DNA from: an uncultured candidatus Porisulfidus sp.
GTDB lineage: Bacteria; Pseudomonadota; Gammaproteobacteria; Poriferisulfidales; Poriferisulfidaceae
Length of the DNA stretch: 64,000 nt
Direction: 5' to 3'
Assembly (NCBI GenBank): GCA_965204575.1
Contig: OZ241993.1
Location: 544,001 to 608,000, forward strand
The position numbers were made by a program, and so were the translations under genes. Position 1 is the first letter of the stretch. The number at the start of each line of letters is the position of its first letter. The notes under the pieces are model-generated. The model did no database searches and was not told where the DNA came from. It was given only the letters and a program-made list of their open reading frames with translations. This document shows, piece by piece, positions 11,924 to 21,119 of this stretch.

Positions 11924-13854
11924 TGGATCTTCAGGTCCTTGCCCTGATCGTCGTGGGTGCGGTCGGCGCGGGCGCGGTTGGCGCGGGACTGGGCGTGCGC
12001 GTCCTGAGCCCGAAAGCCGCCACGCAACTCACCCTCGCGGGCGTCGGCGCGGCATTTCTGGCCAGCGTCGCCTTGGCGGTGGGTTATGCGCAGAACCCGG
12101 AACCGCAGGCTTTCACCCTCTACCACTGGGGCCCGGGCGATTTCGGGATGAAGATTGGTTTTCTGATCGACTCCCTGAGCGTGGTGATGATGATCGTGGT
12201 CACGCTCATCTCGCTGCTGGTGCATGTCTACAGCATCGGCTACATGCGCGAGGATCCCGGGTACGTCCGGTTCTTCGCCTACCTGTCGCTGTTTACGCTC
12301 GCCATGTTGCTGCTGGTCATGGCGGACAACTTCCTGCTGCTGTTCATCGGCTGGGAAGGGGTCGGCCTGGTGTCGTACCTGCTGATCGGGTTCTGGCACA
12401 CCCGGGAGCGGGCGCCGAGCGCGGGACTCAAGGCTTTCCTGGTCAACCGCTTGGGCGACTTCGGGTTCCTGCTTGGCATGGGGGCACTGCTGGCCGCCGC
12501 CGGCAGCCTGGACTATTCCACCGTGTTCGCGCAGAGCGAGGCGCTGGCGCAGCAGCCGTCGCCGTTCCCCGGCCTGAGCGCGCTGAGCCTGATCTGCCTG
12601 TTCCTGTTCGTCGGCGCCATGGGCAAGTCGGCGCAGGTGCCGCTGCATGTCTGGCTGCCTGATTCGATGGAGGGCCCAACCCCGATCTCGGCAATGATCC
12701 ACGCCGCCACGATGGTGACGGCGGGCATTTTCATGGTGGCGCGGCTGTCCCCGCTGTTCGAGGGCAGCGAGGCGGCGCTCAACCTGATTCTGCTGGTCGG
12801 CGGCGTCACCGCCCTCTCGATGGGCCTGCTTGGATTGGTGGCCAACGACATCAAGCAGGTCATTGCCTATTCGACCCTGTCCCAGCTCGGCTACATGACC
12901 CTGGCGCTCGGCGCCTCGGCCTACGCCGCGAGCATTTTCCATCTCTTCACGCACGCCTTCTTCAAGGCGTTGCTGTTCCTGGCCGCGGGATCGGTGATCC
13001 TGGCGATGCACCACGGGCAGGACATCCGGCATATGGGCGGGCTGGCGCGGCGCATGCCGATCACCGCCGCCACATTCGCCGTCGGCTCGCTGGCGCTGAT
13101 CGGCATGCCGGGCTTTGCCGGCTTCTTCTCCAAGGAATCCATCATCGAGGCGCTGGCGCATTCCGACCTGCTGCTGGCCAAGCCGGCGCATTTCCTGGCG
13201 CTTGCCGGAGTGGCGGTGACCGCGCTGTATTCGTTGCGCCTGTGGTGGTACGTGTTCCAGGGAACCCCGCGCTCGACGGAAGCGGAACAGGCGCGGGAGC
13301 GAGACCCGACCGTGGTCCTCCCGCTGGTCCTGCTGGCGATGCTGACGCTGGTGGCGGGCTTCGGGGTCGAGGCGTTCCTCTACGGCGGGTTGCTGGGGGA
13401 TGCCCTGGTCGTTCATGCTGCGCACGACACGCTGGCGCGGATGGCGGAAAACTGGAATGGCCTGGGCGGCGCAATCCTGCACGGATTCGCGACACCCGCG
13501 GTCTGGTTGCTGGCATTGAGTCTTGTGGGCGGATATTTCCTGTACGCGAAAGGCTACGCCGACACACTGACCCCGAACGTTTCCCGGTTGCGTTCGATCC
13601 TTGTCCAGAAATACGGTTTCGACGTGTTCTACGAGAACTGGGCCGTGCGGGCCGCGCGTGCCGTGGCGGACGCCTGCGCCCGAATCGGCGACCAACGCAC
13701 GATCGACGGGCTGATGGTGAACGGAACGGCGCGGATGGCCCGCCGCGCTGCCGCCACGCTTCGCCTGGTGCAAAGCGGCGTGCTCGGCCACTACGCCCTG
13801 GCCATGCTGCTAGGCCTGATTGCCGCGCTCGGCTACCTGTTCTTGAGGGGGTAA
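11923..13854 (+). CDS. nuoL: NADH-quinone oxidoreductase subunit L
   Basis: GKSAQVPLHVWLPDSMEGPTP and HAFFKALLFL. Confidence 0.97.
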   Translation: MDLQVLALIVVGAVGAGAVGAGLGVRVLSPKAATQLTLAGVGAAFLASVALAVGYAQNPEPQAFTLYHWGPGDFGMKIGFLIDSLSVVMMIVVTLISLLVHVYSIGYMREDPGYVRFFAYLSLFTLAMLLLVMADNFLLLFIGWEGVGLVSYLLIGFWHTRERAPSAGLKAFLVNRLGDFGFLLGMGALLAAAGSLDYSTVFAQSEALAQQPSPFPGLSALSLICLFLFVGAMGKSAQVPLHVWLPDSMEGPTPISAMIHAATMVTAGIFMVARLSPLFEGSEAALNLILLVGGVTALSMGLLGLVANDIKQVIAYSTLSQLGYMTLALGASAYAASIFHLFTHAFFKALLFLAAGSVILAMHHGQDIRHMGGLARRMPITAATFAVGSLALIGMPGFAGFFSKESIIEALAHSDLLLAKPAHFLALAGVAVTALYSLRLWWYVFQGTPRSTEAEQARERDPTVVLPLVLLAMLTLVAGFGVEAFLYGGLLGDALVVHAAHDTLARMAENWNGLGGAILHGFATPAVWLLALSLVGGYFLYAKGYADTLTPNVSRLRSILVQKYGFDVFYENWAVRAARAVADACARIGDQRTIDGLMVNGTARMARRAAATLRLVQSGVLGHYALAMLLGLIAALGYLFLRG

Positions 13855-13858
13855 CGCG

Positions 13859-15349
13859 GTGTCCCTGCTCGGCCTGATGATCTGGACGCCGATCGCGGCA
13901 GGGTTCGCGGCCCTGCTGCTGCGGGACCCGGCCGTGGTGCGTCGCTGGTCGCTGGCGATCAGCCTGTTCGTGTTCGTGTTGGCGGTGGTGGCGGCCTTGG
14001 GCTTCGATCCGGCGGGCGGCTACCAGTGGCAGTACCGGACCCCGTGGATCCCGGCCTTCAACATTGACTACCACTTGGGCGTCGACGGTCTGTCGCTGCC
14101 GCTGGTGGTTCTCACTGCCTTCATCGGCATGCTCGCCATCCTGACCGGCTGGGAGACCGCCACGCGGCATATCGGCCAATTCTTCGCCGCGTTCCTGATG
14201 CTCGAAGGCCTGTTGATCGGGGTGTTCTGCGCGATGGATGCCGCGTTGTTCTACGTTTTCTTCGAGGCGATGCTGATCCCGATGTTCCTGATCATCGGGA
14301 TCTGGGGCTCCGACAACCGGATTTACGCGGCCGTCAAGTTCTTCCTGTACACCTTCCTGGGATCGGTGCTGATGCTGGTGGCGTTCGTTTACCTGGCGAT
14401 TCAGTCCGAAAGCTTCCGGATTACGGACTGGCATGCGTTTTCATTGTCGCCACTGGAGCAGACCTGGCTGTTCCTCGCGCTGTTGCTTGGGTTTGCGGTC
14501 AAGGTGCCGATGTGGCCAGTGCACACCTGGTTGCCGGATGCCCATGTCGAAGCTCCGGCCGCGGGATCGGTGGTGCTGGCGGCGGTGTTGCTGAAGATCG
14601 GCGGTTACGGCCTGCTTCGTTTCTGTCTTCCGATTGCGCCGGATGCTTCGCTGGCGCTCGACGGGCTGGTGATCGGGCTGTCCCTGATCGCCGTGGTCTA
14701 TATCGGATTTACCGCGCTGGCGCAGACCGACATGAAGAAGCTGATCGCGTATTCGTCCATCGCGCACATGGGGTTTGTCACCCTGGGGTTGTTCATCCTG
14801 TACCGGCTGGCGACGGAGACGGCCATGCTGAGCGTCAGCGGCGCGATCATGCAGATGATCTCGCACGGCCTCGTGTCGGCCGCGCTGTTCGTTTGCGTGG
14901 GCGTGTTGTACGACCGTCGGCACAGCCGCGACATCCAGGATTATGGCGGCGTGCTTGAGACGATGCCGGTATTCGGCGCGCTGTTCGTGTTCTTCGCGCT
15001 GGCGAATGCCGGGCTGCCGGGCACTTCCGGTTTCGTGGGCGAGGTCATGGTCATCCTGGCCACGTTCCAGGCCGGGTGGTGGCTGGCCGCGCTGGCGGCG
15101 ATGGTGGTGGTGCTGGGGGCCGCCTACTCGCTGTGGATGGTGCGGCGAGTGGTTTTCGGTCCGGCCGAACATGCGGAGGTCAAGGCATTCCAGGACTTGT
15201 CGGGGCGCGAGATGTTGATCTTGCTGGCGCTGGCCGTCCCGGTGCTGGCGGTGGGGCTGTGGCCGGTGCCGTTGCTGGACCTGATTGAGCCGTCCGTGGC
15301 GCAGTTGATCGACCAGGCGCAGGCATTCAAGGCGGGAGGCGCCCCATGA
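13859..15349 (+). CDS. nuoM: NADH-quinone oxidoreductase subunit M
   Basis: VKVPMWPVHTWLPDAHVEAP and LPGTSGFVGE. Confidence 0.97.
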   Translation: MSLLGLMIWTPIAAGFAALLLRDPAVVRRWSLAISLFVFVLAVVAALGFDPAGGYQWQYRTPWIPAFNIDYHLGVDGLSLPLVVLTAFIGMLAILTGWETATRHIGQFFAAFLMLEGLLIGVFCAMDAALFYVFFEAMLIPMFLIIGIWGSDNRIYAAVKFFLYTFLGSVLMLVAFVYLAIQSESFRITDWHAFSLSPLEQTWLFLALLLGFAVKVPMWPVHTWLPDAHVEAPAAGSVVLAAVLLKIGGYGLLRFCLPIAPDASLALDGLVIGLSLIAVVYIGFTALAQTDMKKLIAYSSIAHMGFVTLGLFILYRLATETAMLSVSGAIMQMISHGLVSAALFVCVGVLYDRRHSRDIQDYGGVLETMPVFGALFVFFALANAGLPGTSGFVGEVMVILATFQAGWWLAALAAMVVVLGAAYSLWMVRRVVFGPAEHAEVKAFQDLSGREMLILLALAVPVLAVGLWPVPLLDLIEPSVAQLIDQAQAFKAGGAP

Positions 15350-16773
15350 GCGTGGGTCAGGAAATGATCCTGATGCTGCCGGAGATCGTGCTGGTCGTCG
15401 GCGCCTGCTTTGTTCTGTTGTGCCCGCGTTTTCTGGCCTGGCCGCTGACGATGCTGGTGTTGGCCGGGACGGTGGGCGCCATTGCCGCGACGGCACCGGA
15501 ATCTCCGACCATGCTGATGACCGGCATGTTCGAGCGTTCCTCCGAAATCGACTTTTTACGAATCCTGATCTGCGTGCTGACCGTGCTGATCTTGCGCTAT
15601 GCCCGCGGGCACCCGATCTCTCCGGATCGCCTCCAATCCAACGAGTTCTACACGCTGGCGATATTCGGGTGCGTCGGCATGTTCCTGATCAGCGGCGCGG
15701 AACACCTGGTTACGCTGTACCTGGGGCTGGAAATCCTCGCCCTGTCGCTGTATCCGATGATCGCGATGATGCGCGACGACGGCCGCGCCGGCGAAGTGGC
15801 GCTCAAGTATTTCGTGCTCGGGGCGCTGGCTTCGGGTTTTCTCCTGTACGGGATGTCGCTGATGTACGCAGCGACCGGAACCCTGTATATCGGAGAACTG
15901 GCGAGCCAGCTGGAGCAACTGGAAATGAATCGGGTGCTGCTGCTCGGCATGGTGTTCATGCTGGCCGGCCTGGCGTTCAAACTGGGCGCCACGCCGTTTC
16001 ACATGTGGCTTCCGGATGTCTACGACGGCGCCTCCCTCCCGGCCGTAACGTACCTGTCGGCCGCCCCGAAGATCGCCGGGCTGCTGTTGCTGCTGCGCCT
16101 GTTCGGCGACGGCCTGATGGTTCTGGCCGTCGACTGGACGACCCTGATGATGGTTCTGGCCGTCCTGTCGCTCCTGCTCGGCAACCTCGTCGCGATCGCG
16201 CAGACCCGGATCCGCAGGATGCTGGCCTATTCGGCCATTGCCCATACCGGTTTCGTGTTCCTGGCGCTGGGCGTGGGTACCCCGCACGGGATGAGCTCAG
16301 CGGTTTTCTACACCTTTGTCTACGCGCTGATGGCTGCCGGGAGCTTCGGGATGCTGTTGCTGCTCAACGCCCGGGTCGCGGCTGAGGACATTCAAGACTT
16401 CAAGGGCCTGAACCACAGCCATCCCTGGCTGGCGATCATGGTGCTGATCCTGATGTTTTCGATGGCGGGCGTGCCGCTGACCGCCGGGTTCTACGCCAAG
16501 CTGTACGTGCTGCAGGCGGTGGTTGGTGCCGGGCTATGGCCGCTTGCGGTCGTGGCGGTGCTGCTGACGGTGGTGGGGGCCTACTACTACCTCCGCATTG
16601 TTTGGTACATGTACTTCGAGGAGGCGGACCGGCCCGCCGAGCCCGGGGAGGATTCGGTCCATGTTTTGCTAGTCAGCGCAAACGCGCTGGTGCTGGTATT
16701 GATCTTCGCGGTGCCGCAGCCCTGGCTGGAGATGAGCCGCGATGCGGCGAAAGTGTTTGTGGGGGGACAGTGA
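15346..16773 (+). CDS. nuoN: NADH-quinone oxidoreductase subunit N
   Basis: FKLGATPFHMWLPDVYDGA and RMLAYSAIAH. Confidence 0.97.
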   Translation: MSVGQEMILMLPEIVLVVGACFVLLCPRFLAWPLTMLVLAGTVGAIAATAPESPTMLMTGMFERSSEIDFLRILICVLTVLILRYARGHPISPDRLQSNEFYTLAIFGCVGMFLISGAEHLVTLYLGLEILALSLYPMIAMMRDDGRAGEVALKYFVLGALASGFLLYGMSLMYAATGTLYIGELASQLEQLEMNRVLLLGMVFMLAGLAFKLGATPFHMWLPDVYDGASLPAVTYLSAAPKIAGLLLLLRLFGDGLMVLAVDWTTLMMVLAVLSLLLGNLVAIAQTRIRRMLAYSAIAHTGFVFLALGVGTPHGMSSAVFYTFVYALMAAGSFGMLLLLNARVAAEDIQDFKGLNHSHPWLAIMVLILMFSMAGVPLTAGFYAKLYVLQAVVGAGLWPLAVVAVLLTVVGAYYYLRIVWYMYFEEADRPAEPGEDSVHVLLVSANALVLVLIFAVPQPWLEMSRDAAKVFVGGQ

Positions 16774-16791
16774 GGCTGGCGTGGCGGCCCC

Positions 16792-17541
16792 TCAGTCGAA
16801 TGCATCGCCGAGAGCTCTGATGTTCTGATACGTCCGTAGCAGCCCCCCGCCGTCCGAGTACCCGTCGTTTTTCGCTTGCTCGGTTGCTTCCTCAAGCCGG
16901 GCTAGGGCGTCACCCTGCCTCGCAGCCGAGTCTTCATAGTCCAGATCGAGTTTTTCCAGTTCTTCCTCGATTTCTCCGATCTTCGTCCATGCGTCATTCC
17001 GGTCTTCGAAAGAGGTTTCATCCGATTCAAACTTTACGCGTTGCGCCCCCAGTTCTTCTTCCAACCCGTCAATTTTTTCTCTCAGCTTTCTCCTTTCCAG
17101 TTTGATGTCCCACACTTCCATCTCTATTCCACGTACTTCTTTCCCCCTGCGGAATCCTGCTAGAAATGACACTTCCATCGAATCAGGGCAGATCCCGGTG
17201 TAGGAGTCGCCATCGCGGCCAACCGTGTAGCCATTGAATCGGGTGCAGTAACGCCGCAAAAAATCCTGCCGCCCGCTCCGGTAGCCTTTCATGTAGGCAT
17301 CTCGGTTTGGCGTTACCCCATATTCCGCACATGCTTCCTGATGTTCTGCAAGATAGGAAGGGGGCCTCCTATCGAATCCGTCTTCATGCCCAATGATCCA
17401 CCAGTCTGCCGCCAAACATTCATCCTCCGACATGGAGGCGCAACCTTGGAGCAACAAAACCAGGCTTGCGAGCAATACGACTGTTGCCAGGCCTTTCTTG
17501 GGCCAAGCTTGTTGAGGGGGCGAGCAAGAAGCGGAAAGCAT
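16792..17541 (-). CDS. DUF2799-like lipoprotein with C-terminal coiled coil (paralog 1)
   Basis: Lipobox LQGC, then SMSEDECLAADWWIIGHEDG...YC. Start chosen by alignment to the neighbouring paralog. Confidence 0.8.
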   Translation of the reverse strand: MLSASCSPPQQAWPKKGLATVVLLASLVLLLQGCASMSEDECLAADWWIIGHEDGFDRRPPSYLAEHQEACAEYGVTPNRDAYMKGYRSGRQDFLRRYCTRFNGYTVGRDGDSYTGICPDSMEVSFLAGFRRGKEVRGIEMEVWDIKLERRKLREKIDGLEEELGAQRVKFESDETSFEDRNDAWTKIGEIEEELEKLDLDYEDSAARQGDALARLEEATEQAKNDGYSDGGGLLRTYQNIRALGDAFD

Positions 17542-17619
17542 CAGGGGCGTACTCTCGCGTTCGGGGTGTGGGCAGGACTGTATTGCAGGCGCAAACCTTT
17601 CAATCAACGAGAGTTGGTA

Positions 17620-18360
17620 TCAGTCCAGCGCGTCCCCCAAGGATCGGATGATCCGCCGCGTTCCGCCGAGCAGTTCGCCGTCGTCGGCGTAGCCGTCGTC
17701 CCGCGCCTGTTCGACCGCTTCGTCGAACCGCGCCATGGCATCGGCCTGCGTCTTGGCCGAGTCTTCGTATTCCTGCTTCAGCACCTCCAACTCCCGGCCA
17801 AGTTCCACGATCTTCTCCGCCATGCTTTCCCGGTCCTGGGGGATGCTTTCGTCCGCCGCGAGCTTCTCCTGCAGCGTCTTCCGCTCATGTTCCAGCCGCC
17901 CGATCTTATCCCCTAGGCTTCCCCGTTTCTGCTTGATGTCCCAGGCTTCCGTCTCCAGCGTGTGCACCATCCGCCCCCTGCGAAGCCCGGGTTCGAACGC
18001 TTCCGCCAGCTCGCCGTCGCAGATTCCATGGTAGGGCCGGCCGCTTCGGCCGACCTTGTAGCCGGTGAACCGGGTGCAGTAGACCGCCAGCCCGCTGCGG
18101 TGGCCTTTGGCATAGGCCTCGCGGCCGGGCGTCACCCCATGCTCCGCGCAGGATTCCTGGTGTTCCTCAAGGTGGGCAAGAGGCAGGCCTTCGGATCCGT
18201 CTTCCTGGCCGATGAGCCACCAGTCCGCCGTCTCGCATTCATTCTCCGACAAGGTGGCGCAACCTTGGAGCAACAAAGTCAGGCTTGTGAGCAATATGGC
18301 TGCTGCCAAGCCTTTCTTGTGCAGGATCTGTGGGGTGGGCGGGCAAGAGATGGGGGGCAT
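17620..18360 (-). CDS. DUF2799-like lipoprotein with C-terminal coiled coil (paralog 2)
   Basis: Lipobox LQGC, then TLSENECETADWWLIGQEDG...YC; colinear with paralog 1. Confidence 0.8.
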   Translation of the reverse strand: MPPISCPPTPQILHKKGLAAAILLTSLTLLLQGCATLSENECETADWWLIGQEDGSEGLPLAHLEEHQESCAEHGVTPGREAYAKGHRSGLAVYCTRFTGYKVGRSGRPYHGICDGELAEAFEPGLRRGRMVHTLETEAWDIKQKRGSLGDKIGRLEHERKTLQEKLAADESIPQDRESMAEKIVELGRELEVLKQEYEDSAKTQADAMARFDEAVEQARDDGYADDGELLGGTRRIIRSLGDALD

Positions 18361-18565
18361 CCGGAATCTGCCGAGTTGCGTTCGCAATGTGGGGAGCAGT
18401 TTACTGCAAAGTGCGGAGTGACTACCGGCCGCCAGGGATTATGTCGCCAAAGATTGACTGGGTGGTGGTGGGGCAAGATATAATGAAATCAAGCTAGAAC
18501 AACCCGTCGGCGGATGGGATTCTCCGACAGGTTTCGGGAAGCGGCAGGGTTCCGCTGTCAACCAA

Positions 18566-19003
18566 ATGGCTGCGATGGGCATGGGAATCAACACAAACTT
18601 TGTCAGGCGCTGTCTGACTACGCTGGAAGCCGCGTTGAAGGAACTGAAAGGCGTCGAGCCGGAAAGCATCGCTTACGATATCTATCGGGCGGCCTGCGTC
18701 AAGGAGTTTGAGCTCGTTCTGGAACTGAGCGCAAAATTGCTGAAAAGGCGGCTGGCCGACTTCTTCGCGAACCGCCGCCAACTGGATGAGTTAGCGTTCA
18801 AGGACCTTTTCCGCCATGCCGTCAAGCATGGCATCATTGAGGCGGATGCATGCGAGCGTTGGCTTGGATACCGAGACAACCGCAACGATACCGCGCATGA
18901 CTATGCTGAAGGATTCGCTGAAACGACGCTGAAGCTCCTGCCTAATTTCATTGAGGACGCCAAGGCGTTGGCGGAGGCCGTCGGAGAGGCAGGAGATGGC
19001 TGA
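18566..19003 (+). CDS. HEPN toxin / nucleotidyltransferase substrate-binding protein (HI0074-like)
   Basis: KEFELVLELS and R-x4-H motif RNDTAHDY; overlaps the downstream MNT gene. Confidence 0.88.
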   Translation: MAAMGMGINTNFVRRCLTTLEAALKELKGVEPESIAYDIYRAACVKEFELVLELSAKLLKRRLADFFANRRQLDELAFKDLFRHAVKHGIIEADACERWLGYRDNRNDTAHDYAEGFAETTLKLLPNFIEDAKALAEAVGEAGDG

Positions 19004-19304
19004 TCGCCTGCACCTCTTGCCCCGGCATCGCGCCATGCTCGCGATGCTGTTACGGGAATATCTGCCGGGAGTCGAGGCTTGGGCCTACGGCAGCCGCGTG
19101 AATGGCCAAAGCCATGACGGCAGCGACTTGGACGTGGTTCTCCGAAGCCCGGAACTTGCGGAGACTGACGCGCGACAACTGGCTGGTTTTGTCGAGGCGC
19201 TACGGAATTCCAACATTCCTTTCCTGGTGGATGTGCACGACTGGGCGCGTTTACCGAAGGAGTTCCATCGCGAGATAGAACGTGAACATGTGATCCTCCA
19301 GTAG
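18996..19304 (+). CDS. Minimal nucleotidyltransferase (MNT antitoxin)
   Basis: YGSRVNGQSHDGSDLD (GS-x-DxD) and FLVDVHDW; SD AGGAG upstream. Confidence 0.88.
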   Translation: MADRLHLLPRHRAMLAMLLREYLPGVEAWAYGSRVNGQSHDGSDLDVVLRSPELAETDARQLAGFVEALRNSNIPFLVDVHDWARLPKEFHREIEREHVILQ

Positions 19305-19368
19305 CGAAAGGGCGGGTAGCCCGAGATGGATCGATGCGACAGACTTTACGTATCTGGAAAAGGGTTGA

Positions 19369-19414
19369 TTTACTCAAATAAATGAGTAAAATTACTCAAT
19401 ATAATGAGTAATTT
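19369..19414. promoter_or_regulatory. Two tandem TTACTCA-N6-TGAGTAA palindromes over the putative promoter and start codon
   Basis: TTTACTCA-aataaa-TGAGTAAA (19369-19390) and ATTACTCA-atataa-TGAGTAAT (19391-19412), 22-bp period. Confidence 0.7.
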
Positions 19415-20615
19415 GCCAGATTACGTCCGTCCTCAGGCTGAAGATCTTATCCAGCGCCTGACAGAGCCCCGCGGTTTCATCCAAGTCCTTTCAGGCGCGC
19501 GGCAGGTTGGAAAAACGACCTTAGCTAAGCAGGTAGCTGACCGGTCGGGTCTGCCCATGCATTATGCCAGTGCTGACCATCCGGTCCTTCGTGACATCTC
19601 ATGGATTGGGCAGCAGTGGGAGGCCGCCCGCCTGCTTGCCGATGAGGCAGACCAGAATGGTGCGCTTCTCATTCTTGACGAAGTACAGAAAATCACGGAT
19701 TGGTCCGAGGCGGTAAAAGCATACTGGGATGCCGACACGCATGTGGGCAGATCTCTGAAAGTTGTCCTGCTCGGCTCGGCCCCGCTTCTCGTCCAGCGTG
19801 GTTTGGGTGAAAGCTTGGCCGGTCGGTTTGAAGTTTCACATCTGCCGCACTGGAGTTTCGCGGAGATGCGCGAAGTGTTCGGATGGTCTTTGGAACAGTA
19901 CGTTTTCTACGGGGCTTACCCTGGCGCGGCGCGGCTGATAAAACAGCCAGCTCGGTGGGCTCGTTACATTCGCGAGTCGTTGATCGAGCCAACGATTTCA
20001 CGCGACGTCCTGCTGCTGTCACGAGTGAACAAGCCCGCGTTGCTCCGCAGGGTGCTTGAATTGGGTTGTGCCTATTCAGGACAAATTCTCTCGTACAACA
20101 AGATGCTGGGCCAGTTGCAGGATGCCGGCAACACGACCACGCTGGCCTATTACCTTAATCTGCTGGCGGGCGCCGGGCTTGTGACGGGGCTGACCAAGTA
20201 CGCAGGGACCAGGATCCGACAAAGGACGTCAAGCCCGAAGCTTCAGGTCTTCAACACCGCGCTGATCACAGCGCAAAAGAACCTATCCTTTTCCCAGGCT
20301 CGCGAGGACTCGGAATTCTGGGGACACCTGGTCGAATCGGTGGTCGGAGCCCACTTGATCAATGCGGCTTTCTCCGGCGATTGCTCGGTCCACTATTGGC
20401 GCGAAAAGGGCCGGGAGGTCGATTTCATCGTCGAATCAGGCAACCATCTGGTTGCCATTGAAGTGAAAAGCGGTCGCCCACGCGCCCACCCGCCCGGTAT
20501 GGCGGCTTTCTCCAAGCTTTTCCATCCAACCCGCACATTGCTAGTTGGGGGCGACGGCATCGACCTTGAGGCGTTTTTGTTGCGGCCCGTGGCCGATTGG
20601 TTCAGGCGATCGTGA
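19404..20615 (+). CDS. AAA+ ATPase with C-terminal DUF4143 (PD-(D/E)xK-like) domain
   Basis: Walker A GARQVGKT, Walker B LILDEVQ, ESLAGR, C-terminal EVDFIV...AIEVKSG. Confidence 0.9.
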   Translation: MSNLPDYVRPQAEDLIQRLTEPRGFIQVLSGARQVGKTTLAKQVADRSGLPMHYASADHPVLRDISWIGQQWEAARLLADEADQNGALLILDEVQKITDWSEAVKAYWDADTHVGRSLKVVLLGSAPLLVQRGLGESLAGRFEVSHLPHWSFAEMREVFGWSLEQYVFYGAYPGAARLIKQPARWARYIRESLIEPTISRDVLLLSRVNKPALLRRVLELGCAYSGQILSYNKMLGQLQDAGNTTTLAYYLNLLAGAGLVTGLTKYAGTRIRQRTSSPKLQVFNTALITAQKNLSFSQAREDSEFWGHLVESVVGAHLINAAFSGDCSVHYWREKGREVDFIVESGNHLVAIEVKSGRPRAHPPGMAAFSKLFHPTRTLLVGGDGIDLEAFLLRPVADWFRRS

Positions 20616-20667
20616 TAGAGCTAGGCTCAACTGAAACGGATATAGTTAAGAAAGATATTTAAAAACA

Positions 20668-20707
20668 TCAAGATTATCTTGACATATCTGTACGCAGGCC
20701 TTATACT
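20668..20707 (+). promoter_or_regulatory. Near-consensus sigma70 promoter with a palindrome overlapping the -35 box
   Basis: TTGACA (20679-84), 17-bp spacer, TATACT (20702-07); palindrome TCAAGAT-T-ATCTTGA at 20668-20682. Confidence 0.75.
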
Positions 20708-20738
20708 TCCGCCAGTCTTAATCAAACAGGGCCGACCA

Positions 20739-21119
20739 ATGGATGAAATAACGATCAACCGGGTACGTCAGCGACGCAAGGAATTGAATAACGAAATTGC
20801 GAAGATGCAAGAAGAGCTAGGTCGGCTCAATGCATACCTATCGGTTCACGAAGAGTTCAGTCGGCCTCCATCTAGGGCAGTGTCTGGCAAGGAAATCGAC
20901 GCGCTGTGTCAGATGGTGCTGCGCTATGCCCCTGAGCCCATGACACCCGCGCAGTTAGTAGATGCGCTCAAGGATCGGTTTGGAGCAGTGATCGATGCTG
21001 CGAACCCAGCGAGGTTGGTTTCCACGCGCATGTCGATGCTTGCCTCAGTTGAGAGCACGGAAGATGGCTGGCAGTTGGTGCCAGGCCGTATCGAACTTGA
21101 ATCGGAGGCGTACGAATGA
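20739..21119 (+). CDS. Hypothetical protein with N-terminal coiled coil and probable winged-helix C-terminus
   Basis: RRKELNNEIAKMQEELGRL coiled coil; VLRYAPEPMTPAQLVDAL...DGWQL resembles a wHTH. ATG lies downstream of the promoter. Confidence 0.6.
   Translation: MDEITINRVRQRRKELNNEIAKMQEELGRLNAYLSVHEEFSRPPSRAVSGKEIDALCQMVLRYAPEPMTPAQLVDALKDRFGAVIDAANPARLVSTRMSMLASVESTEDGWQLVPGRIELESEAYE

Noticed and set aside
4166-16385. Long antisense and alternative-frame ORFs over the nuo genes (also over acs, sga, mtk, ppc and tkt)
   Set aside because: These are shadow ORFs expected from high-GC codon bias; they overlap well-supported genes and have no motifs.
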